This document shows, in pieces, positions 1-8,908 of a stretch of 50,312 bases of DNA. The notes under the pieces were generated by a model, which worked only from the letters and a program-made list of their open reading frames with translations, ran no database searches and had not been told where the DNA came from. Within the stretch, counting starts at the first letter, position 1. Each line of letters begins with the position of its first letter. The position numbers were made by a program, and so were the translations under genes. Source of the stretch: an uncultured Candidatus Saccharibacteria bacterium (GTDB lineage: Bacteria > Patescibacteriota > Minisyncoccia > 2-02-FULL-40-12 > IGHO2-01-FULL-4-A). The stretch spans positions 1 to 50,312 of the forward strand of contig CAYIXQ010000001.1 in NCBI GenBank assembly GCA_964367475.1, read 5' to 3'.

Positions 1-110
1 GACCCAGCGAAGCTGGGGCGCCAAAGAATTGGAATCGCTGTTGTGGCTTGAGCCACGATAAGCCCTAATAGCCTTGGGCTTCGTGGCTCAAGCGCGTAAG
101 TCTTAAATAT
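1..110 (-). repeat. Window-truncated inverted copy of the long structured repeat element (same family as 46262..46563; core shared with 28841..28952 and 29528..29639)
   Basis: The reverse complement of 1..110 aligns without gaps to 46262..46370. The last 56 nt are identical, and about 7 mismatches fall in or next to the hairpin at 47..92 (cttgagccacg...cgtggctcaag). The terminal motif gtaagtctta (96..105) matches the gtaagtccta terminus of the full copy. Confidence 0.85.
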
Positions 111-179
111 GATTTAATGAGTCGGCTGTGGATAAACCCATTTTACCTTTCATCAGGATGTTATAAAATAAATGTAAGT

Positions 180-437
180 ATGAGTAACAGACCAATTCTT
201 ATTTTGGTCAGCGTCGCTGTTTTGGTCGGAGCTTTCGTCGCCGGTTTAAGTTACGGAGACAAGCGAGGTTACAATCGAGCTCAAGCTGAAGTCAAAAAAC
301 TTCAGGCAGAAGCTGCCCAGAAGGCCACCGAAGAAGCGGCCAAAGTGGCTAACCCGTTTAAGGCTGTCAATCCTTTAGAAGGGGTGGAAGCCAATCCGTT
401 TGAAAAGGCGAAGAATCTTTTAAACCCCTTTAAATAG
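180..437 (+). CDS. Small membrane-anchored protein with C-terminal NPF/NPL repeats (hypothetical)
   Basis: The ORF is 117..437. The in-frame ATG at 180 gives MSNRPILILVSVAVLVGAFVAGL (one TM helix), then a coiled, Ala/Lys/Glu-rich segment and repeats ANPFKAVNPLEGVEANPFEKAKNLLNPFK. The 21 residues upstream look non-native. No family was recognised. Confidence 0.55.
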   Translation: MSNRPILILVSVAVLVGAFVAGLSYGDKRGYNRAQAEVKKLQAEAAQKATEEAAKVANPFKAVNPLEGVEANPFEKAKNLLNPFK

Positions 438-470
438 ATATGGTTTAAAACCATCTCGAGGGGTTTTTTC
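423..470 (+). terminator. Possible intrinsic terminator
   Basis: aacccct (423..429) pairs with aggggtt (459..465) around an inner hairpin atggt/accat, followed by a T-run at 464..469. It overlaps the stop codon at 435..437. Confidence 0.4.
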
Positions 471-517
471 CGATTAATTAGCCTATCAGCCGGATGCCTA
501 AATCGTATTTTAATTGT

Positions 518-3500
518 ATGAAAATATCTAGAGTCGTATTTTTAGCTGGTACCGTTTTGGTAGCGGCTTTTTTGGTGGCAGGTTTTGTAAGCGCGGCCGA
601 AGAAGATATTTCCGCCGCTTTACACGATTTAAGCTCCGCTTTAGGGCAGGATATAACCAATAAAGAACAAGCCGTTATAGCTTGTGATGCCGAAAAGAAT
701 TTTGAAACCTGCGCCGAAATTGGCAAAAAACACGATCTTTACCAGCCGGAAGAGATAGCCCAGGTAAATACGGTTTTGGACGAAATCAAGGGGGAAGTAG
801 CGACTAAATTACAGACCTGTCAAAGTATTGAATGTCTGGTAGGGGTAGCCAATGAACTTGCCCAAAAAGTGAATGCTAAAAATCCTACCGTGGCTACAAA
901 TCTTGACCTGACACCCAAAATCGTTGAGAAAAAACAGGCCATTGTTGCCGCCGCTAAAGAGGCAGGAATTTCGTATGAACAGTGTCGAAATATGGATCCA
1001 GACACGGCGCCAGTAGATCTTTTGCGTGCCTGCGCCCGTTTGGCTAAAGACTCACGGGTGAGGGATTTTGTGCCGGAGCAATCCAGACAAGCGGCGGATT
1101 TTGCTGATTCTTCAACTGATTTAAAAGAAGCTCTTCAGAAAGGAGAAGTTCAGTGTGGCGACAATACTCTTCAGGGTTGCGGTAACTTTTGTTTAAATCC
1201 CAGCGCGGAAACTCGCGCTCAAGGAATTCCGCCGGTTTGTAATCAAATCGCCACCAGGTTTTTTGGCACTGATGGTACCAAGGAACTTAAAAGAGCCTAT
1301 AAGCAGGTTGAAGATGCCGGGATATTTTATCGAAAAAAAGCTGATAATCTTGTGTTTACGACTTTGGATGGCCGAGTACTAACTGACCCTTCTGCGATTG
1401 GCAATTATATGGAGAATGAAGGCAGGAAAGGAAATGTAGAGGCCGTGGATAAAGGTATGGATTTCCTGATTGGGCAAGGTTTTGTAAAACCGGAAGAAAA
1501 AGAATATGCCCTAAAATTTGTGCGTAAGGTCAGAGAAAAAGGCGGCGAGGTTAATTTTGATACTTGTACTCGCGATCCGAAATCTTGTTCAGATTTTATT
1601 CCCGACGAACAGCGCGGGCAATTTGAGGCTTTTGATCAAATTCATGATATCATGCGCCAGGAAATTGGTTTTGATCCGGAAAGATGCAGGGATGCGAATT
1701 TTGAAACGGGGGAACAGTGTCTTCGGGGATCTGAAAGAGCTATTGCCAAGGTCAAATCCCTTGGTTTAGAAAGAAATAATCCCCAGGTTCGCAGTTTAAT
1801 TAGTGATATTGAGTCCAAAGTTAATGAAGGTAAAAGATATGTAGATAGTAAGGATCAGATAGATCGAGACATCAGTTCTCAAGGCGGACCGGGAGACTGT
1901 CGCTCGTCAAGCGACTGTTTGGCTTATTGTTCAGATGCAAATCATGGTCCAGAATGTCTCTCATTTGGCGCTAAACAGGGCGTGTTTCGGGGAGAAGAAG
2001 TGATCCAGAAATTCCAGCAGTTTAATCAAAATGTACAAGCCCCCCGGACGGCTACCTATGATCCCGCGCGTGGCTTTGAAGGTTTTTACTCCAGCTTTCC
2101 CGGCGGGCAAGGACCATATCCTGGATTTCAGCCGCCCGGTCAGTCCGGTTTTCAACCACCCGGACAAATACCAGGATTTACCCAACCCGGACCGGGTTAT
2201 TCACCGCCACCAGGACAGTCATCCATTCCTTATTATCCGGATTTTAGGCGGGGTGGTGATGTTATTGGTGCTCCGGTTGGTCCAAGTCCGGAGTGTTTTG
2301 CGGCGATCCAATCAGGTGATTATGCCAGAGCCAGAACGGCCTGTTATGTGCCGTCTGTCACTATCTATCCAACTTTTACGCCCATTGGCTCGCCAGTGGA
2401 AGGCTGTCAACCACCATCGTATTTTGATCCTGGTATTAGGGTTTGTCGTACACCATACACTACCTATTCTGTACCGCCCGGCGATCAAGGCCAATACTGC
2501 CCGCCGCCTTCCGCTTGGGATCCGGCTACACGATCTTGTCGACCTTACCCAACGCCCTATACATCTGGATCTCCCGGATTATGTCCTTCCGGTCAGTGGT
2601 GGGATGGTGCGGCTAACCGCTGTACTTCATCCAGTTCCTGCGGCTATGGTTTTTATTGGGATCCGGGAACGCAATCTTGCCGGGGCTCAGGAACGGCCAG
2701 TTCTTGTCCCTCCTTTGCTCACGACATGGGCGGATATTGCATGTTAAACGCCGATCCTAGCCGCTGCTCTGCTTATGGTAGAGCTAATAGTGAAGGGAAT
2801 TATACCACTGTGGAATGTAATTCGTCACCTCCCGGTGGTGGTAGTTGGGAAGGCAGTTTGCCGGGCCAATGTTCTGATGGTATTGATAATGATTATGATG
2901 GCGCTATTGATTCGGCGGATACTAGCTGTACCACACCGCCGCCAGGTCCAACTTATTCTCCCGGACCGGGCGGTTCTAGTTGCTCCCAGTCTTTGATCAA
3001 TCTTTTGGGCAATGGCTGTCACTGGATGTCCAATGACAGCTCTGGCCGGGCGGTATATTGTGATGGGCCCATGTCCAAATCGGCTAAGGAGGGCGATACT
3101 GCCGCCACCGTTGGCTGCTTGTCTGGTGGTCCATATCAACCGACTTATACTCCGGGTCCGGGTGGTACCTTTGCCTGTTCTGATGGTCTGGACAATGATG
3201 GCGATGGAGCGATCGATTACCCGGCTGATTCGGGTTGCTATGGAACTACCGATAATGACGAAATTATTCCACCTGGTGTGCCACCGGGCGGATCGTGTCC
3301 AGCCGGCGCACATAATATGGGTAGTTATTGCATGTCGGATGCCGACACTAGTAAATGCGGATCATTTGGTTCAACCAGCGTCAGTTCGTTTGGATCATGT
3401 TCCCAATACCAAGGTACTACGAGCTACACGCCCGCTCCCGCCTGTCCTTCCGGTCAGTGGTGGGATGGTGCGGCTAACCGCTGTACTTCATCCGGTTCCT

Positions 3501-4258
3501 GCGGCTATGGTTTTTATTGGGATCCGGGAACAAATTCTTGCCGTAGCTCGACCTCAACTAGTTACACGCCTTATCCATCTGGCAGTGTAACCTATTCTCC
3601 GGGCCCAAGTTCTTGTCCGACCGGTTCACATAGTATGGGTAGTTACTGTATGTCGGACAGCGATGGTTCAAAATGCGGTCCTATTAGTAGTTCAAGCGTT
3701 TCTAGTTTTGGTTCCTGCTCCACATATCAAGGAGGAACTACCACTTATACACCGGCGCCTTCCTGCCCATCCGGTCAATGGTGGGATTCAGCGACCAATG
3801 CTTGTAGGAGTACGACTGCTACCACCTATTCCCCACCGCCTTCCTGTCCTTCCGGTCAATGGTGGGACTATGGCACAAATTCATGCCGCAGCAGCACATC
3901 AACCTCAACTTATACACCACCACCAGCCTGTCCGGATGGTCAATACTGGGATTCGGGTGTAAGCGCTTGCAGGGTAAATCCAACACCATATCCAACCACG
4001 GCCTACACTCCGCCTCCCACGCAATATGTCCCGCCACCGACAAATGAAGCTACGCCACCACCATCTCCGCCACCAACTTCCTACAATCGCCACCAACACT
4101 ATGTAGCCCAATATATCAGCACCATCGCTCTGGCTAATACGATTATGGACTGCACAGCGGCCGGTGATCGCTGGAATGCAAAGGATGGAATCTGTCGTGA
4201 TGGCGACGCCTCATTCTTTGCTAACATCATCAGATTCATCGCCAATTTCTTAAAGTAA
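518..4258 (+). CDS. Giant secreted/cell-surface Cys-, Pro-, Ser/Thr-rich repeat protein
   Basis: One uninterrupted ORF runs 494..4258. The ATG at 518 gives MKISRVVFLAGTVLVAAFLVAGFVSAAEED (signal peptide or N-terminal anchor). It contains a P/G/Q-rich linker (PGFQPPGQSGFQPPGQIPGFTQPGPGYSPPPGQ). There are 9 copies of a 14-residue module C-x4-[AYW]-[FW]-D-x5-C (for example CPSGQWWDGAANRC) and 3 copies of SCPxxxHxMGxYCMxxxDxSxC. Two DGxDNDxDGAID acidic motifs resemble MopE/thrombospondin-type-3 sites, and the spacers are S/T/P-rich. Confidence 0.85.
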   Translation: MKISRVVFLAGTVLVAAFLVAGFVSAAEEDISAALHDLSSALGQDITNKEQAVIACDAEKNFETCAEIGKKHDLYQPEEIAQVNTVLDEIKGEVATKLQTCQSIECLVGVANELAQKVNAKNPTVATNLDLTPKIVEKKQAIVAAAKEAGISYEQCRNMDPDTAPVDLLRACARLAKDSRVRDFVPEQSRQAADFADSSTDLKEALQKGEVQCGDNTLQGCGNFCLNPSAETRAQGIPPVCNQIATRFFGTDGTKELKRAYKQVEDAGIFYRKKADNLVFTTLDGRVLTDPSAIGNYMENEGRKGNVEAVDKGMDFLIGQGFVKPEEKEYALKFVRKVREKGGEVNFDTCTRDPKSCSDFIPDEQRGQFEAFDQIHDIMRQEIGFDPERCRDANFETGEQCLRGSERAIAKVKSLGLERNNPQVRSLISDIESKVNEGKRYVDSKDQIDRDISSQGGPGDCRSSSDCLAYCSDANHGPECLSFGAKQGVFRGEEVIQKFQQFNQNVQAPRTATYDPARGFEGFYSSFPGGQGPYPGFQPPGQSGFQPPGQIPGFTQPGPGYSPPPGQSSIPYYPDFRRGGDVIGAPVGPSPECFAAIQSGDYARARTACYVPSVTIYPTFTPIGSPVEGCQPPSYFDPGIRVCRTPYTTYSVPPGDQGQYCPPPSAWDPATRSCRPYPTPYTSGSPGLCPSGQWWDGAANRCTSSSSCGYGFYWDPGTQSCRGSGTASSCPSFAHDMGGYCMLNADPSRCSAYGRANSEGNYTTVECNSSPPGGGSWEGSLPGQCSDGIDNDYDGAIDSADTSCTTPPPGPTYSPGPGGSSCSQSLINLLGNGCHWMSNDSSGRAVYCDGPMSKSAKEGDTAATVGCLSGGPYQPTYTPGPGGTFACSDGLDNDGDGAIDYPADSGCYGTTDNDEIIPPGVPPGGSCPAGAHNMGSYCMSDADTSKCGSFGSTSVSSFGSCSQYQGTTSYTPAPACPSGQWWDGAANRCTSSGSCGYGFYWDPGTNSCRSSTSTSYTPYPSGSVTYSPGPSSCPTGSHSMGSYCMSDSDGSKCGPISSSSVSSFGSCSTYQGGTTTYTPAPSCPSGQWWDSATNACRSTTATTYSPPPSCPSGQWWDYGTNSCRSSTSTSTYTPPPACPDGQYWDSGVSACRVNPTPYPTTAYTPPPTQYVPPPTNEATPPPSPPPTSYNRHQHYVAQYISTIALANTIMDCTAAGDRWNAKDGICRDGDASFFANIIRFIANFLK
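2582..3531 (+). repeat. Near-identical 89-nt intragenic direct repeats (2582..2670 and 3443..3531)
   Basis: tgtccttccggtcagtggtgggatggtgcggctaaccgctgtacttcatccRgttcctgcggctatggtttttattgggatccgggaac occurs twice with one mismatch. Both copies encode CPSGQWWDGAANRCTSS[SG]SCGYGFYWDPGT. Confidence 0.9.
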
Positions 4259-4278
4259 AGAAGGCTGAACTTAAAACT

Positions 4279-4319
4279 ATCCCCCCACTTTCTATGAAGT
4301 TCCAGAAAGTGGGGGGGAT
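4279..4319. terminator. Bidirectional intrinsic terminator between convergent genes
   Basis: atccccccactttct (4279..4293) pairs with agaaagtgggggggat (4304..4319) across a 10-nt loop. It is T-rich on the + side (tttg) and A-rich upstream, which gives a U-run for the minus-strand gene. It sits between the stops at 4258 and 4323. Confidence 0.7.
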
Positions 4320-4322
4320 TTG

Positions 4323-5825
4323 TTATCGAGTAAATCTCGAGATGACGGTCTGATTTGCCCCAGTCCGTTTCAGGAGAATCACGACCGATTCGTCAAGATA
4401 AACCATTGGCCACCGGGGATCTTTGGAAATTCTACCCAAAAAAGTCTGGGCCCAGGGAGTGATATCATGGTGATCAAAAAATACGTAATTGATATGGTAT
4501 AATTCCGAGTACTTTTCCCAATCGGCCGGATTTTCCTGCATAGGTTTGTAAACTTTTTCAAAAAAATCTACGCTGTAGGCCTCTGGTCTGCCATCAACGA
4601 ATATTTTTTGTTCGGGATAAAGTTTCCAGATTAGGAAACTGCCCACATCAAAATTATTAAACACCGGTCCCGCTATTTCATACTGTTTAACAAATTCAAC
4701 CCCTCGTCTTGCTCCTTCTGGTATTTGCAGGCCAAACTTTTTGCTGCCGGCCAAAGAGGTAACACTGGCAGAGACAAACCAGTAGCTAACCGAAGACAGC
4801 AAAAGAAGATAAATCACTCCACCTATAAGCTTTACCACTTTTGACTTAAACCAGTTTAAATTGAAATAACTTAGGTTAAGCGCCATAACCGGTAGCATGG
4901 TATAACCGTATAAACTAAAGTTTCGAATCATCCTCATGGCTAAAACCGAGAACACCAGTCCAGCCAATATCTCAAACGTCAGTTTACGCCCTCTCACCAT
5001 CCAGGCGGGAACAAAAGAGGCGATCAGCGCCACCAAAGATATTTCAAAAACATTGATTTTTTCTTCGAGGATGCCATAATCTTTCAGAAAGAAAATTGAC
5101 TGATTCTCAACGATGGAATAGCCGTATTCACGCAAAATATTAAGGGGCGCCAAGGCGCCGTGAATAAAATGTGGATTGACGAGGGTGGCAGCAAGTGTAA
5201 ATCCAAATATGGCCGCTAACCGACGCCAGGTTTTTTTGTCGGCCCCGTTGATAATTTTATCTGCGAGAAAAAAGAACAATAATATCGGTCCCAGGGCAAA
5301 ATAAATGTGGCTGTTGGTCCAGATTATCTGAAGCAACGGTAAAAAAAACAAATAGCGGGAATCGTTTTCATATTTTGACCTAAATATCGAAAAAATGAAA
5401 AAAGAAAGGAGTAAATAGCTAAAAATTTCTGGTCGAACATCGGTTCTTTCGATTAGAATGAAAAAAACAGCGGTAAAAGAGAGTAAAAATGACCAAAACG
5501 GTACTAGCCGGCGGACAGATAAAAAAACAAAAGTAAAGGCTGAAAGTAAAACAATTATTTTGAAAACAATGAGACCATTTAATCCAGCAACACTGTTTAT
5601 CCAGAAGAAAATTACTTCACTTAGCCAGTGATGGTTAATAAACCGATGATCTGGTTCCGTGAAAGAAAATAGATTGGTATCCGGAACGCTCCTTGTTTGC
5701 CAGATAATTTCTCCTAATTTCAGATGTCGGCCGATATCCTGATTTATGGAATCAAGACTGTGGGTAAAAAATATTCCCAGAGTGATATAGGTAGCAATAA
5801 CAGCGATGATTTTCAAGTATTTCAT
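4323..5825 (-). CDS. Polytopic membrane protein, GT-C-like putative polyprenyl-phosphate-sugar-dependent glycosyltransferase
   Basis: A 500-aa ORF with many hydrophobic helices, followed by a ~130-aa soluble C-terminal domain (FNNFDVGSFLIWKLYPEQKIFVDGRPEAY). The call rests on architecture and genomic context. Family membership is not verified. Confidence 0.5.
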   Translation of the reverse strand: MKYLKIIAVIATYITLGIFFTHSLDSINQDIGRHLKLGEIIWQTRSVPDTNLFSFTEPDHRFINHHWLSEVIFFWINSVAGLNGLIVFKIIVLLSAFTFVFLSVRRLVPFWSFLLSFTAVFFILIERTDVRPEIFSYLLLSFFIFSIFRSKYENDSRYLFFLPLLQIIWTNSHIYFALGPILLFFFLADKIINGADKKTWRRLAAIFGFTLAATLVNPHFIHGALAPLNILREYGYSIVENQSIFFLKDYGILEEKINVFEISLVALIASFVPAWMVRGRKLTFEILAGLVFSVLAMRMIRNFSLYGYTMLPVMALNLSYFNLNWFKSKVVKLIGGVIYLLLLSSVSYWFVSASVTSLAGSKKFGLQIPEGARRGVEFVKQYEIAGPVFNNFDVGSFLIWKLYPEQKIFVDGRPEAYSVDFFEKVYKPMQENPADWEKYSELYHINYVFFDHHDITPWAQTFLGRISKDPRWPMVYLDESVVILLKRTGANQTVISRFTR

Positions 5826-7024
5826 TTAGAAAGCAGCTCTTCAAAAGAATTTATCATTTTTTCAGAGCCAAACTTGTGTATCAGGGTTTGATGGCCCTGA
5901 ATCCCCATTTCTTTAGCCGACATTTCATTTTCCAATAGAGTCTTAATTGTTTCTGCTAAACCTTGCCAGTGGCCGGGAGTAACCAAAAATCCGCTTTTAT
6001 TGTGCTCAACAATTTCCGGCACGGCACCCACGGAACTTGCCACCACCGGGAGCTTAGCGGCCATAGCTTCTAGCAATGACCAGGGAAAGCCTTCTTTAAC
6101 AGACGGAAGGACAAATATGTCGAAAGCGGGCAAATATTGGTAAGCATCGGGTATCTGGCCCACTAAAAAAACTTTTTTTTCCAAACCGTTCAGGCTGATG
6201 GCTTCTTCTAGCCTTGGTCTCTCGGGACCGTCGCCGATCACCATATACGCCAAGTCATCCCTATCTTTCAAATGGGCGGCTGCACGGATAAGATTATCGA
6301 TTCCTTTGGTAGGGTAAAGATTAGCAATTGTACCAATAATATATTTAGCCTGAAAAATTTTGCCAAACCGCCATGATATTTTTTCAAACAATTTAACTCT
6401 CGCCTCATCACGCGAAAAAAATTCAAGCCGGAAAGGGTCAAGTCCGTTATGAATCAAAAGTAAATTCTGTCGAGGTTTAATGCCATAACGTTTAGCTAGT
6501 TCAAAATCGTATTGGCTGTTAACCACAATATCATCTTTCCAGGCAGCGCTAATTTTTTCGAGTAAAATAAAAAGAGTTTTTTTCCACCGCGGCCAGGGAT
6601 CATTGAAGGTCCAACCGCCGATTCGATAAATAACTTTCATATTACGGCTACTACTTAATCGAGCCGCCAGTGACCCGATAAAGCCCGCCTTGGAACTATT
6701 GAGAAAAAGAATATCGGGTCTAAGCAATTTGATCAGGTTGCGGATTTTTTTGGTGGCGATAATATCAAAAAAGGGATTAATGACGCGTTTAAAAGATTTC
6801 ACGCTTAAAACATTTATACCAGTCCTAGAAAAATAGTTAATCAGGAAATCTTGACCAGAAAAAATGCCCGTCAGAACCGTGATTTCGTATTTAGTCCGGT
6901 CGAGGCGGGATATCAGCTGGTGTAAAAAACGCTGAGCGCCGCCATATTCAGATCGGGTAATTATAAATAAAACCCTTATTTTTGGCTTTAAATCAGCCTT
7001 TTTAACGAGGTTGATATTTTCCAT
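5822..7024 (-). CDS. Glycosyltransferase, GT-B fold (GT4-like)
   Basis: It carries the E-x7-E motif EGFPWSLLEAMAAKLPVVASSVGAVPEIV and an N-terminal RVLFIITRSEYGGAQRF. It overlaps the downstream gene by 4 nt. Confidence 0.85.
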   Translation of the reverse strand: MENINLVKKADLKPKIRVLFIITRSEYGGAQRFLHQLISRLDRTKYEITVLTGIFSGQDFLINYFSRTGINVLSVKSFKRVINPFFDIIATKKIRNLIKLLRPDILFLNSSKAGFIGSLAARLSSSRNMKVIYRIGGWTFNDPWPRWKKTLFILLEKISAAWKDDIVVNSQYDFELAKRYGIKPRQNLLLIHNGLDPFRLEFFSRDEARVKLFEKISWRFGKIFQAKYIIGTIANLYPTKGIDNLIRAAAHLKDRDDLAYMVIGDGPERPRLEEAISLNGLEKKVFLVGQIPDAYQYLPAFDIFVLPSVKEGFPWSLLEAMAAKLPVVASSVGAVPEIVEHNKSGFLVTPGHWQGLAETIKTLLENEMSAKEMGIQGHQTLIHKFGSEKMINSFEELLSK

Positions 7025-7029
7025 GATCT

Positions 7030-8193
7030 ATGGCATTATTGTATGACAAGATGACCCAAAAATCAAAGAGAATCTTGCTTTTTACGACCGCCTTCCAGCC
7101 ATTGATTGGCGGCTCGGAAATCGCCATTGAGTCTGTGGCCCGGCGACTGGGAGATGTTTTTTTTGATATTATTACACCTAAAAACCGTAGATCTCTGAAA
7201 ACCGTTGATAGCAAGAATAACATCTGTATTCACCGAATTGGATTTGGCTACGAATTTATTGATAAATATCTATTTCCGATTTTAGGCGCGTTGCGCGCTT
7301 TGCACCTCATGCGAGCTAAAAGCTACGCGGCTATCCATGCCTATCAGGCATCGCAGGGGGCCGGTGCCGCCTGGATTATCAAATGTCTAAAACCGGAAAC
7401 TAAATTTATTTTATCATTACAAGAGGGAAAAAATCTTAATGCTCAAAGTTGGTGGATAAAGTTTTTCAGAAATCTTATTATAAAAAAAGCCGACATCGTC
7501 ACCGGCATAAGTAACTATCTGGTTAATTATGCCCGCTCGATTAATCACCGCGCTGAAACACGTTTAATTTCAAATGGAGTGGACTCTGAAAAATTTATGA
7601 TCGTTGAAAACGCCAATCTTGCCCTGAAGAAAAAACTCGGCATCAAAGAATCTGATCGGGTGGTGATCTCGGTATCCCGGCTGGTTCCCAAAAATGGCCT
7701 GGCTAATCTGATCGAAGCAATGAGTTTGGTAAAGGAGCAAATTCCCGACGTTAAATTATTAATTATCGGGAGCGGACAATTGGCGGCGGATTTAAGAAAA
7801 ATGGCCGATACGCTTAACTTGAGGAGTGAGATTATTTTTTTAGGAGAAATTGAAAATAATCAGATCCCGTTTTATTTAAAATTAGCTGATGTTTTTGTTC
7901 GTCCTTCGGTGTCGGAGGGGCTGGGTATCTCTTTTTTGGAGGCCATGGCTGCCGGGGTGCCAATCATTGGCACGCCCGTAGGCGGTATTCCAGATTTTCT
8001 CGAGGATCGAGTTACGGGACTGTTTTGCAAAGTAGCTGACCGTCAAAGTGTGGCGGAAAAAGTTATGGAGATCCTCCGCGATCATGACTTAAGAATTAAT
8101 CTCATCAATAACGCCCGGCAGATTATTCAGGCAAAATATGATTGGCAAACCATTGCCGAACAATTTAGAGATATATATTTCCATGAGAAATGA
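7030..8193 (+). CDS. Glycosyltransferase, GT-B fold (GT4-like)
   Basis: It carries the E-x7-E motif [32 protein letters not shown]. An alternative start is the ATG at 7051. Confidence 0.85.
   Translation: MALLYDKMTQKSKRILLFTTAFQPLIGGSEIAIESVARRLGDVFFDIITPKNRRSLKTVDSKNNICIHRIGFGYEFIDKYLFPILGALRALHLMRAKSYAAIHAYQASQGAGAAWIIKCLKPETKFILSLQEGKNLNAQSWWIKFFRNLIIKKADIVTGISNYLVNYARSINHRAETRLISNGVDSEKFMIVENANLALKKKLGIKESDRVVISVSRLVPKNGLANLIEAMSLVKEQIPDVKLLIIGSGQLAADLRKMADTLNLRSEIIFLGEIENNQIPFYLKLADVFVRPSVSEGLGISFLEAMAAGVPIIGTPVGGIPDFLEDRVTGLFCKVADRQSVAEKVMEILRDHDLRINLINNARQIIQAKYDWQTIAEQFRDIYFHEK
7038..7066 (-). promoter_or_regulatory. Sigma70-like promoter for 5822..7024, embedded in the 5' coding region of the divergent gene
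   Basis: The minus strand reads TTGATT (7066..7061), a 17-nt spacer, then TACAAT (7043..7038). The start codon at 7024 is 13 nt downstream of the -10. Confidence 0.4.
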
Positions 8194-8908
8194 AAAACTA
8201 AGCATTATTATTCCCGTTTATAACGAGGCCAAAACGCTTGGCCCGTTGGTAGATTTAATAAATTCCGTAACTTTTATCGAAAAAGAATTGATATTTATTG
8301 ACGATGGTTCGACTGACAGCAGTCGGCAGGTTTTGTCCGCGCTGACTGATAAACACAAAGTGATTTTTCTTGAAAAGAACCGTGGCAAAGGCGCGGCCAT
8401 CCGGCGGGGCTTTCAGGAGGCAACGGGAGACCTGGTTTTGATCCAGGATGCCGATTTAGAGTACGATCCTCGGGAGTATATACATTTACTTCGTCCCATT
8501 ATGGATGATAAGGCCGATGTAGTTTATGGGTCGCGTTTTGTGACTAGCCGGCCACGACGAGTGCTTTACTATGATCATTATCTGGCAAACATTTTTTTGA
8601 CGTTTTTTTCAAATATTTTTACTGGATTAAATCTTTCTGACATGGAAACCTGTTATAAAGTTTTCCGCCGACAAAGCTTGGCTAAATTTGCCCCGCATCT
8701 AGTTTCAAACCGATTTGGCATTGAGGTCGAATTAACGTCGGAAGTGGCCAAGCACAAATTGAGGGTTTTTGAAGTCGGTATTTCTTATAACGGTCGAACT
8801 TATGCCGAGGGCAAAAAAATTACCTGGAAAGACGGCTTAGCGGCCATTTTTCATATTATTAGATTTAACCTTTTTCGCTCGTGCGATGAACGACAACCTA
8901 AAACCTAG
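8183..8908 (+). CDS. GT2 glycosyltransferase, polyprenyl-phosphate sugar synthase-like (soluble form)
   Basis: It has [18 protein letters not shown] and QDADLEYDP (DxD), the classic GT-A/GT2 signatures. The start at 8183 overlaps the upstream stop; the ORF extension to 8138 was rejected. Confidence 0.8.
   Translation: MRNEKLSIIIPVYNEAKTLGPLVDLINSVTFIEKELIFIDDGSTDSSRQVLSALTDKHKVIFLEKNRGKGAAIRRGFQEATGDLVLIQDADLEYDPREYIHLLRPIMDDKADVVYGSRFVTSRPRRVLYYDHYLANIFLTFFSNIFTGLNLSDMETCYKVFRRQSLAKFAPHLVSNRFGIEVELTSEVAKHKLRVFEVGISYNGRTYAEGKKITWKDGLAAIFHIIRFNLFRSCDERQPKT

Noticed and set aside
1518-4111. Many 60-240-codon ORFs in other frames and on the opposite strand inside the large surface-protein gene (for example 2031..2747, 2825..3313, 3012..3590, 3663..3962).
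   Set aside because: They all overlap one continuous 1254-codon ORF with clear protein repeats. The local G+C and Pro/Gly codon richness suppress stop codons in the other frames. Their translations are low-complexity Arg/Pro/Val strings with no motifs.
5141-5160. ggggcgccaaggcgccg considered as a fifth copy of the repeat core.
   Set aside because: It is only a ~10-nt similarity (ggcgcc/cgccaag) inside a coding sequence, and none of the flanking core is present.
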